Of a stretch of 64,000 nucleotides of DNA, positions 41,791-51,462 are shown piece by piece. The stretch is from an uncultured Gemmatimonadales bacterium (GTDB taxonomy: Bacteria > Gemmatimonadota > Gemmatimonadetes > Longimicrobiales > Gaopeijiaceae): assembly GCA_963823035.1 (NCBI GenBank), contig CAWGKG010000004.1, positions 256,001-320,000 of the forward strand. The letters are read 5' to 3'. The position numbers and the translations under genes were made by a program. Positions within the stretch are counted from its first letter, which is position 1, and each line of letters begins with the position of its first letter. Under the pieces are notes generated by a model. The model worked only from the letters and a program-made list of their open reading frames with translations. It did no database searches and had not been told where the DNA came from.

Positions 41791-42297
41791 TCAGCCCGCG
41801 GAGACGACGACCAGCTTCGCGGATGCCCGCGCGGTCCGCTCCTCCTCCGGGTGCTCCTCCATGCGGACGCACTGCTGGCGTCCCGTCGCGTCCGTGGACC
41901 AGCTGGTGCACCGGCTCCAGCCGGATACCCAGAACGTCACCGGCGCGCTGGCGCTGCCCCGCAGCGCCTCCCCGTCGAGGACGAAGTCGAAGCCCGTATC
42001 GCCGCACCTGAAGTGGCGCTCGTCGCCACGCTGCGTCGAGAGCTCCTGGCAGGAGCCGTCGCCGCTGGTCAGGGTCATCGTTCCGTCGGGGGCGATGTAG
42101 ACCTCCGCCTGGACGAGTCGGCGCGCCGAGCTGCCCGCGCGGATCGAGCCGGCCGTGTACTGGATCTGGGCCGACGCCACGTAGCGGCCCGCCGGCCATG
42201 TGACAGGGCCCACGGGCGCGGTTCTCGCGGCCATACCGGCGCATCCTGCCAGTAGGGTCACGGTGAGCGGAAGGAGGCTGGGTGCTCTCATCGGCAT
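41791..42297 (-). CDS. Hypothetical lipoprotein
   Basis: Lipobox LAGC and four further Cys residues. Confidence 0.65.
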   Translation of the reverse strand: MPMRAPSLLPLTVTLLAGCAGMAARTAPVGPVTWPAGRYVASAQIQYTAGSIRAGSSARRLVQAEVYIAPDGTMTLTSGDGSCQELSTQRGDERHFRCGDTGFDFVLDGEALRGSASAPVTFWVSGWSRCTSWSTDATGRQQCVRMEEHPEEERTARASAKLVVVSAG

Positions 42298-42367
42298 AAG
42301 GTGAAGGAGGTGCCGACGGCGGGGCAATGGCGGGGGAAGTCGTCGCCGACCGGACCGGGGTGGCCCA

Positions 42368-42490
42368 TCACCGCGGCTCCCCCGCGAGGCGGGCGAGGCG
42401 TTCCTTCACCGCTGCGATACGGGGCTGCAGCTCGGGATCGGCGCCCTTCCAGAGGTCGAGGAACCGAGTGTACCCATCGGCAGCCTCCGC
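42368..42490 (-). pseudogene. 3' tail of a TPR-type protein
   Basis: AEAADGYTRFLDLWKGADPELQPRIAAVKERLARL*; no matching 5' part is present. Confidence 0.55.
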
Positions 42491-42721
42491 TGGTGGGTGT
42501 GGGACGGTCCGCGCGCTTTCGGGCCGTTCGCCGGGGCGTACACGGCGCGCGGGGCCATCGGACAGTGGATCACGGTGCTGCCCGCCCTGGATCTGGTCAT
42601 CGTGCACAAGACGAACTCGGTGTACGGACGGTCCACGAGCTGGGCGTCGTGGCAGCGGACGATCGAGCTGCTCTTCGACGCGAAGGGCGTGAAGATGGAC
42701 GGGCCCTATCCCTGGGATTGA
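42491..42721 (+). pseudogene. 3' tail of a beta-lactamase-family serine hydrolase
   Basis: WWVWDGP...GAYTARGAIGQWITVLPALDLVIVHKT; the SxxK-containing N-terminal region is absent. Confidence 0.65.
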
Positions 42722-42904
42722 GCCCCCTCCGCGTTTCCCGCGGCACCGAAGTCGAGGAAGGTTGAGATCGTGGTGCCGCGGGCAGGGGGGCGCGGCACCG
42801 TGCAATTCGGCGCGGGTAGCAAGCGCCGGACCGGCGGCGGGAGGGAGCCGCGGCCACAATCCACGATAGTCCTCTCCCCCGGAGGAGTCCAGGCGAATGA
42901 GCCC

Positions 42905-43525
42905 ATGACCCCGAAGCACACGAGGTTCAGGTATCTGCGGACCCGAATGGCGCAGGGGTTCGTGGTGCTCGTGCCCGTCGTGGTGACGGTCTTCGTGCTT
43001 CGCTTCGCGTTCACGGCGACCGCGGGCATCCTCCTCCCGTTCATCGACCCGGCCGTCGCGAGCTGGCCCTGGATCTGGCGCGCGCTCCTTTCGCTCGGTG
43101 TGCTCCTGGCGAGCATCTATCTCCTCGGGGAGATCGCCGCGCGCACCGTGGGGCGAAAGCTCCTGGGCTACGGCGAGTCGGTCCTTTTGCGCGTGCCCTT
43201 CGTGAAGGTCGTCTATCGCGTTTCCAAGCAGGTGGTCGACGCCTTCCAGCGCCCCAGCGCGCGCGCCTTCAAGTCGGTCGTCTTCCTGGAGTTCCCCAGG
43301 CCCGGAATGCTGGCCGTCGGGTTCGTCACCTCCACGCTCACCCGGCCGGACGGCTCGGAGTGGAAGACGGTCTTCGTGCCCACGACGCCCAACCCGACCA
43401 CCGGCTTCCTCCAGATGGTGTCGGCCTCCGAGGTCGAGCAGACCGACATGACCGTGGAGGAGGGCGTGAAGATGATCATGTCGCTCGGCGTGCTCGCCCC
43501 GGAGCGCGTCGGCGAGAGCTCCTGA
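42905..43525 (+). CDS. DUF502 membrane protein
   Basis: Two TM segments, RVPFVKVVY, EFPRPG, VFVPTTPNPTTGF and MTVEEGVKMIMSLG. Confidence 0.9.
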   Translation: MTPKHTRFRYLRTRMAQGFVVLVPVVVTVFVLRFAFTATAGILLPFIDPAVASWPWIWRALLSLGVLLASIYLLGEIAARTVGRKLLGYGESVLLRVPFVKVVYRVSKQVVDAFQRPSARAFKSVVFLEFPRPGMLAVGFVTSTLTRPDGSEWKTVFVPTTPNPTTGFLQMVSASEVEQTDMTVEEGVKMIMSLGVLAPERVGESS

Positions 43526-43542
43526 GCGGTCGCCGCCCCAGA

Positions 43543-44289
43543 ATGCTCCTCCTCCACGGCTTCACGGGATCGGGCGCGTCATGGCCCCCGGCGATCGTCG
43601 AAGGGCTGTCGACGCGGTCCCGTGTCCCCTCGACCCCGGACCTCCCGGGGCACGGGCGGTGGGCGGGCGAGACCGATCCTGTGCGCTTCACGCTGGCGGC
43701 GGCTCTCGAGGCGATCGGGGACGCGCAGGGCGGGGAGGCCGGTCCGGTCGCCGGCTACTCGATGGGAGGCCGACTGGCACTCGCCTACGCGGTGGCGCAC
43801 CCGGAGCGCGTGACGCATCTGGTGCTCGAGTCGGCGTCCCCGGGCCTCGCGAGCGAGGAGGAACGAGCGGCCCGCCGGGCGTCCGACGAGGCGCTGGCGG
43901 GTGACCTGGAGCGCGAGGGCATCGAGCCGTTCGTGCGACGCTGGGAGGCGCTCCCCCTTTTCGAGAGCCAGGACACCATCCCGGACGCGGTGCGCGCGGC
44001 GCAGCGTGCGCGCCGCCTCGCCAACGACGCCCACAGCCTCGCTGCGGCGCTACGCGGCCTGGGTACGGGCGCGTTGCCGTCGTACTGGGAGGCGCTGCCC
44101 GACGTACGCGTTCCCACCCTGCTGGTCGCGGGCTCCCGCGACGCGAAGTTCGTCGGCATCGCCCGAGCGATGGCCGCCGCGCTGGCCCGCGCCGACCTGG
44201 AGGTGATCCCCGACGCGGGTCACGCGGTCCACCTCGAACGCCCCGGAGCCTGGCTGGATGCCGTGCTTGGGTTCCTCGCGCGCGGCTGA
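43543..44289 (+). CDS. menH: SHCHC synthase MenH-like alpha/beta hydrolase
   Basis: LHGFTGS, DLPGHG, GYSMGGRLAL, LESASPGL, RRASDEALA, RDAKF and GHAVHLE. Confidence 0.8.
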   Translation: MLLLHGFTGSGASWPPAIVEGLSTRSRVPSTPDLPGHGRWAGETDPVRFTLAAALEAIGDAQGGEAGPVAGYSMGGRLALAYAVAHPERVTHLVLESASPGLASEEERAARRASDEALAGDLEREGIEPFVRRWEALPLFESQDTIPDAVRAAQRARRLANDAHSLAAALRGLGTGALPSYWEALPDVRVPTLLVAGSRDAKFVGIARAMAAALARADLEVIPDAGHAVHLERPGAWLDAVLGFLARG

Positions 44290-44379
44290 GGCACGAAGTC
44301 AAGGCGCTGGCGCGAGACGCCCGAACGGATCCATCTTGGAGATCCAAGCACCCTCCCCCCTCCGGGTTCGACGATCCTC

Positions 44380-45552
44380 GTGAAGGTCCTACACAGGGGC
44401 GTAGCCCGCCCCTTGGCCTCGCTGCATGCCCTCGCCTTTCTCGCCCTCGCCGCGGCCGGCGGCGCGACCGCGCAAGAGAGGGGCGAGCCGAGCCTGCTCG
44501 AGGCACGCCTGCCGCAGATGCGCGCCACGGCGCGGCTGGAGGCGTCGGCGGACGCCGTCGACGATTCGCTCTTCAGCGTCGCCCGCCAACAGCGCGCGCC
44601 CGCGCTGGACGCGGCGTTCCAGGCCGACCAGGCACAGCGTGAGATCGAGCGGCTGCGCGCAGAGGCCCAGCTGGCCGCTTCCACCGCTCAACGCCGCACC
44701 GCGCAGCTCGTCGCGGCGATCCTCCTGGCCCTCGTCCTGATCCTCCTCTACGGGCGTCACGTCGCGAAGGGGCTCCAGCGCGAGCTGGAGACGCAGGTGA
44801 GCGCGCGCACCGCCGAGCTCTCCGAGGCGAACCAGCGCCTGAGCGACCTGAGCCTGACCGACTCGCTCACCGGACTGCGCAACCGTCGCTATCTCTTCCA
44901 GACGATCGAGTCGGAGCTGGCCGTCTCGCTAAGGGCCTACCGGGACTCCCGGCGGACGGGGGACATGCCCGAGTCGTCGGACCTCGTGTTCTATCTGCTG
45001 GACATCGACGACTTCAAGTCGGTGAACGACGAGCACGGCCACGCGGCCGGCGACCGCGTGCTCGAGCAGGTCGCGCGCGTGCTGGAGCAGACGGGCCGCG
45101 CCTCGGACACCGTCGTGCGTTGGGGAGGGGAGGAGTTCCTCATCCTCAGCCGTCAGGTGGACCGCCGCGGGGCTGCGGTCTTCGCCCAGCGCGTGCGGGA
45201 TGCGGTGCGCGACCACGTCTTCGTGGCCGAGGAAGGCGTCACGCTCCGGCGCACCTGCTCGGTCGGGTTCGCGCCCTTCCCGTTCGTCACCAGGGACCCG
45301 CGGGCCGTGTCGTGGGACCAGGTCGTCCGGCTGGCGGACCAGGCGGCCTACCTGGCCAAGCGCTCCGGTCGTGACGCCTGGGTGGGCGTCCACGCCAACG
45401 ACGCCACGCCGCCGGAGGCGGTGCGGGGGGACCCGGCGACGCTCGAACTCCTCGTGGCGGAAGGCGTCCTGGACGTGATCAGCTCGATGGACGCGGAGAC
45501 GCGCCGCCGGCTGCTGGGCGAACCCTCCCGGGGGGCGCGCCGGAACGCGTAG
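44380..45552 (+). CDS. Membrane-anchored diguanylate cyclase
   Basis: TDSLTGLRNRRY, DIDDFKSVND.HGH..GD, I-site RASD and GGEEF. Confidence 0.9.
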   Translation: MKVLHRGVARPLASLHALAFLALAAAGGATAQERGEPSLLEARLPQMRATARLEASADAVDDSLFSVARQQRAPALDAAFQADQAQREIERLRAEAQLAASTAQRRTAQLVAAILLALVLILLYGRHVAKGLQRELETQVSARTAELSEANQRLSDLSLTDSLTGLRNRRYLFQTIESELAVSLRAYRDSRRTGDMPESSDLVFYLLDIDDFKSVNDEHGHAAGDRVLEQVARVLEQTGRASDTVVRWGGEEFLILSRQVDRRGAAVFAQRVRDAVRDHVFVAEEGVTLRRTCSVGFAPFPFVTRDPRAVSWDQVVRLADQAAYLAKRSGRDAWVGVHANDATPPEAVRGDPATLELLVAEGVLDVISSMDAETRRRLLGEPSRGARRNA

Positions 45553-45570
45553 CAAGCGCCGGGCGTGCGC

Positions 45571-46318
45571 TCAGTTCCCCGGAACGCGGCCCCTCGGGGC
45601 CCCTCCGGCTCGAGGCGCGGGCGGCACCTCGTGGGGCTGGCCGTCCTTCGTGGGCAGGTGGACGAGGGTCATCTGCCGCACCCGTTCGGCGCGTGCCCGA
45701 GCCCGCGTCCGCAAGCGGGCGCCCACGAGCAGCACGAAACCGGCCACGACGGCGATGAGCGGGTAGTTCCACTCGGTCCTCCCGATGGCGAAGCTGGCCA
45801 CGATGGTCCGGAGCGAGTCGGGCCGGGAACTTCAGGACGGGGTCGCCCGTGCGGAACTCCACCGAGTAGGTCGCCGTGTCGTAGGGGACCGCGGCCCGGA
45901 AGACCACGTATCGCACGCCGTTGTTCGGGAGCCGCCAGACCTCGCCCCATCCCCACGCCGGCCGCCCGTCCACCTCGATCTCCTCGAGCTCGCCGAACTC
46001 GGTGCGCTCTCCACGGGCGGCCTCGATCGCCGCGAGGCGTGCGTTCTCGACGTCCTGGATCCCCGTCGAGCCGGCATGCCCGTTGATGTAGATCCCGCTG
46101 AAGTTGCCCCAGGAGGCGTCGATCCAGGCGGCGTGGTAGATCGGGTCCCGCTCGGGGAACATGCGCCGGGTCTGGGACACGTCGTTCTTGATCGTGAACG
46201 CGGCGGGAGGATTCTGGATCTGCGGGCCCTGGAAGTTGGGGACCTGGCAGCCCACCGCCGCAGCGGCGGCACAGAGGACAGCGGGTCGACGGAACCAGCG
46301 CATGGGGGGAGCGGACAT
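45571..46318 (-). CDS. Hypothetical lipoprotein with C-terminal TM segment (frameshift near 45825)
   Basis: Lipobox AVGC, then a soluble domain. Continues in ORF 45571-45801 with a hydrophobic segment. Confidence 0.6.
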
Positions 46319-46559
46319 CACGGTTCTCCGGCCTCGGGGTATCTCTTCAAATACCGGCCTCGGCCCGGGTCCGACGCAACAGGTTGTGCGCCCGGCCCCT
46401 TCTCTCGCTTGGCGGACGATCCCCTCCCGTTCGGCGTCGCGGACGGCGATGCCACGGGCCGACCGAGTCCGTGAGCCTCCCCGGAGGGCACTCTTGCGGG
46501 GCGGGGTACGGGGCGGGACGTTGGACGCCTTCCACCGGATCCCAACGGAGCGAGCCCCC

Positions 46560-49500
46560 ATGCTGCGCCGAACCCCGATCGCCATGCTCGCGCTGGCCTG
46601 CGTCATCGCCACCGCGACATCCGCCCACGCCCAGTCCACCCGCCTGCTTCGCGAGCCGACGCTGAGTCGCACGCAGGTGGCGTTCACGTACGGCGCGGAC
46701 CTGTGGATCGCCGACCGCGCAGGCGGCGTAGCCCGCCGCCTCACCAGCACGCCGGCCGTGGAGTCGGATCCGCACTTCTCCCCGGACGGACGCTGGATCG
46801 CGTTCGCCTCCAACCGCTCGGGCACGCCGCAGGTGTACGTCGTGGGCGTCGACGGCGGGGAGCCGACACGCCTGACGTGGTACCCCGCGCCCTCCCAGCC
46901 CCGCGGATGGACCCCGGACGGCGCGCGCGTCCTCTACGCCAGCTCGCGCGAGACCGCGCCGGTGGGCTTCGACCGGCTGTGGACCGTGTCGACCACGGGC
47001 GGGCCTTCCACGCTCCTCGCGGCGCCGTGGGGTTGGGACGGGTCGTACTCGGCGGACGGGAAGCGCCTCGTCGTCGATCGCGTGACGCGGTGGGACTGGG
47101 AATGGCGCTCGTATCGTGGCGGACAGAACACCCCCCTGACCATCCTCGACCTGGGCTCCCTGGACGAGGTGCGCCTTCCCAACGAGCGGACGCAGGACCG
47201 CTATCCGGTGTGGGTCGGCGACCGCATCTGGTTCGTCTCGGACCGGGATTGGGCGAGCAACGTGTGGTCGTACGACGTCGGCACGCAGGAGCTCCGGCAG
47301 GTCACGCACTTCACGGACGCCGAGGTGAAGTGGCTGAACGGAGGCCCGGACGGCCTCGTCTTCGAGCAGGACGGGTGGATCCACACGCTCGACCCGGCCA
47401 CGGGCGAGGCGAGGAAGGCTCGACATCACGGTGCGCGGCGACTTCCCCTGGGCGGAGCCGCGCTGGGAGGACGTGGCCGAGCGGATCACCTCCGCGTCGC
47501 TCTCGCCCGACGGGCGCGCGGGCGTTGATGGCCGCGCGCGGTGAGGTCTTCACCGTGCCGGTCGAGCACGGCGACACCCGCAACCTCACGCGCAGCTCGG
47601 GCGTGGACGACCGTGAGCCCGTGTGGTCTCCCGACGGTACGCAGGTGGCGTGGTTCAGCGACGACGGGAGCGGCTACGCGCTGCTCGTCGCGCCGCAGGA
47701 CGGCCTCGGGGAGGCCCGCCGCATCCCCATCGGGGAGTCGAAGATGGCGTGGGAGGCGACGTGGTCTCCCGACGGGGCGCGCATCGCCTTCGTGGACGAC
47801 GACGTGCGCATCCGCGTCGTCGAGGTCGCGTCCGGGCGCGTCACGACCGCGGACGTGGGCGGCGCCAACATCGAGCGGGGCGGGATGGGGCTGGTGTGGT
47901 CGCCCGACTCGAAGTGGCTCGCCTACGCGAAGACCTTCCCGAACAACTTCCACCGCATCGTGGCCTGGCCGGTGGAGAACGGCACCGCCACGCCCATGAC
48001 CGACGAAATGGCGGACGCCCAGTCGCCGGCGTGGGACCGCGACGGACGCCACCTGTACTTCCTCGCCAGCACGAACCTGGCGCTCGGCTCCGGTTGGGCG
48101 AACACGAGCTCGATCCAGTCCTCGCCCACGTACGGCGCGTACGTGATGGTGCTGCGCGACGACGATCCGACGCCGTTCCCGCCACGGAGCGACGAGGAGA
48201 AGGCCAAGGACGAGGAAGGGGCGCAGAAGGAGGGAGCGAAGGACGCCGCGCCGAAGCCCGCGGCGGCGCGTGGCGCGGCGCCGTCCGACACCGGCTCCGT
48301 CGAGGTGCGGGTCGACTTCGAAGGCCTCGACCGGCGCATCGTCGCGCTCCCCATGCCCGTGGCCCGCTACTTCTCGATGACGGCGGGGCCGAAGGGCACG
48401 GTGTTCATCGCCGAGCGCGGGGAGGGCTTCAGCACCACGCTGCACAAGTTCTCGATGGAGGAGCGGAAGGCGGAGGACTTCGTGCGCGGGGTGAGCGCGG
48501 TGTCCGTGTCGGCGGACGGGAAGAAGATCCTCCTCCGGTCCGGCCGCAGCTGGCGCGTGGTGGGGACCGAGCGGGCGCCGACCGGCTCCGACGGGAGCTT
48601 CGACGTGACGCTGCGCATGCACCTCGACCGCATGGCCGAGTGGGCGCAGATGTTCGACGAGGCATGGCGCTACGAGCGGGACTTCTTCTACGACCCGGGC
48701 ATGCACGGCAACGACTGGAACGCCGTGCGCGAGCGCTATCGGCCGCTGGTGTCGTGGGTGCGCCACCGCGACGACCTGACCTACCTCTTCGACCAGGTGA
48801 ACGGGGAGCTGAGCGTCGGGCACAGCTTCGTGGGCGGCGGCGACTACCCGGACGTGGACACGTCGCGGGTGGGGCTGCTGGGCGCCGACCTCGTCGCGGA
48901 CGGAGGGCGCTGGCGCATCGGGCGCATCTACACGTACGAGAGCTGGAACCCGGGGCTGGACGCGCCTCTCGACCAGCCGGGGCTGCGCGTGTCGGAGGGG
49001 ACGTACCTGCTCGCGGTGGACGGCGTCGAGATCACGGCGGCGGACGACCCGTACCGTGCGCTCGACGGCACGGCGGGCCGGCAGACCGTCCTCTACCTCA
49101 ACGACCGCCCGACCATGGACGGGCACTGGACCGTGACGGTCGTGCCCGTCCGCAACGAGGGCTCGCTGCGTCAGCGCGCCTGGGTGGAGGACAACCGCCG
49201 CCGCGTCGACGAGCTCTCCGACGGCAAGCTCGCCTACGTGTGGGTGCCCAACACGGGTGGGGCGGGGGTGTCGTCGTTCGACCGCTATTTCTTCGCGCAG
49301 CAGGACAAGCTCGGCGCGGTGATCGACGAGCGCTTCAACGGCGGCGGCAACCTCGACGACTACATGGTCGACTACATGACGCGCACGCTGCGCGCGGCCA
49401 TCACGAACGAGGTGCCGAACGGCGCGCCGTTCACCCTCCCGCAGGGCGTGCTCGGACCGAAGGTCGCTCCTCATCAACGAGCGTGCGGGCTCGGGCGGCG

Positions 49501-49854
49501 ACTACTTCCCGTGGGCGTTCCGCCAGCAGAAGGTGGGGCCGCTCATCGGGACGCGTACCTGGGGCGGGCTGGTGAAGTCATCGACACACTACGCGATGAT
49601 CGACGGCGGCTATCCTGACCGCCCCGGACAACGCCGTCTTCGACCCCATCAACCACCGATGGGTCGCCGAGAACGAGGGGGTTCCGCCCGACATCGAGGT
49701 GATCCTCGACGCGAAGTCGGTCGCCGCCGGGCACGACCCGCAGCTCGAGCGCGCGGTCACGGAGGCGCTCCGCCTGGTTGCGGAGCACGGCCAGCAGAAG
49801 GTGACGCCACCGCCCTTCTCGCGGCCGTCCAGGCGGCCGGGGGGCGGACGATGA
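46560..49854 (+). CDS. Second tricorn-like S41 protease (frameshifted)
   Basis: Signal peptide, FSPDG/WSPDG repeats, [26 protein letters not shown] and TWGGLV; stop TGA 49852-49854. Confidence 0.92.
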
Positions 49855-51435
49855 GCGTCGCCGCGGGCGCGGCCTTGCGGCTCGTCGCCGCTGACGCTCG
49901 CCGCTCCTCCTGGGGCGCCCGGCGGCCGCCGGGGCCCAGGCCGGCCCGCCCAGGGACCTCGACGACTACGTGCGCCGGGTCATGGAGCGCTTCGAGGTGC
50001 CCGGCCTGTCCGTCGCGATCGTGAAGGACGACAGGGTCGTGCTCGCGAAGGGGTACGGGGTGCGCAAGCTGGGCGGCAGCGCGCCGGTGGACGCGAAGAC
50101 GCTCTTCGGCATCGCCTCGAACACCAAGCTGTTCACGGCCACGGCGCTCGGCATCCTCGTCGGGGAGGGGAAGCTGCGAGTGGGACGCGCCGGTGGTGCG
50201 GTACCTCCCGGACTTCGCCATGTACGATTCCTGGGTCACGCGCCAGATGACGGTGCGCGACCTCCTCGTTCATCGGAGCGGGCTCGGGCTCGGGGCGGGG
50301 GACCTGATGTTCTGGCCGCCCACCGACTTCACCCGCGCGGAGCTGGTGGAGCGCCTCCGCTACATCCCGCCGGCCACGAGCTTCCGGAGCGCCTACGCGT
50401 ACGACAACGTGCTCTATCCGGTCGCGGGCGAGGTGATCGCGGCGGTGAGCGGGATGGGCTGGGAGGACTTCGTCTCGACGCGCATCCTGAAGCCGGTCGG
50501 GATGCGCGGGTCCGACGTGCGCCTCTCCGATCCGGGCGTCGGTCCCGAATGCCGCGTCCACGCACGCCCGCGTCGACGGCGTCGTACGACAGGTTCCGCC
50601 CTATCACGGCGACGCGGTGAACCCGGCCGGCGGGATCTTCGCCAACGCCGAGGACATGGCGAAGTGGGTCATGGTCCAGATGGACTCGGGGCGGGTGGCC
50701 GGGGGCGACCGGGTGTGGGATCCAGCCGTGACGCGGGAGCTGTGGAAGCCCGTCAGCCCGATGCCCTTCGGCGACCCTCCGCGCGAGCTGGCGCCGCTCC
50801 GGCACTTCTTCAACTTCTACGCCCTCGGGCTGAACGTGCGGGACTACCGCGGCGAGCGCGTGCTCACGCACACGGGTGGTCTGCCGGGCTACGTGTCGCG
50901 CGTGACCATGGTGCCCGACCGCAAGCTCGGGATCGTGGTGCTCACCAACCAGGAGTCGGGCGAGGCGTTCGAATCGATCACCTACCACATCCTCGACCAC
51001 TACATGGATGCGCCCGACTTCGACTGGCTCGCCGGATTCGCGGCCGTGAAGGCGCGTGGTGACTCGGCGGTGGCCGCGGCGGAGGCGAGCACGGCATCCG
51101 AGCGGGACGCCACATCGCGGCCTTCGCTGGCCCTGGACCGCTACGCGGGCACGTACCGGGACGCGTGGTACGGCGACGTCACGATCGAGCGCACGGGCGA
51201 TCGCCTCGTGATCCGCTTCTCCCGGTCCCCCGACCTGGTGGGCGACCTGGAGCACTGGCAGTACGACACGTTCGTCGCTCGGTGGCGCGACCGGTCGTTG
51301 CGCGCGGATGCGTTCGTGACCTTCGCGTTGAACCCCGACGGCTCGATCGAGCGCGCCACGATGAAGCCGGTGTCCCCGGCGACGGACTTCAGCTACGACT
51401 TCCAGGACCTCCTGCTGAAGCCCGTGCGGCGATAG
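49851..51435 (+). CDS. Beta-lactamase-family serine hydrolase with C-terminal DUF3471-like domain (frameshifted)
   Basis: ATGA overlap with the tricorn gene; IASNTK (SxxK), LLVHRSG, YAYDN, HTGG and [11 protein letters not shown]. Confidence 0.88.
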
Positions 51436-51462
51436 CGCTCCGGGCCGGCGCGTTCCGACGCC

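Noticed and set aside
22172..49854. Tricorn copies as inverted repeats bounding an invertible or mobile segment
   Set aside because: They are diverged paralogues, and I saw no recombinase, transposase or terminal repeats.
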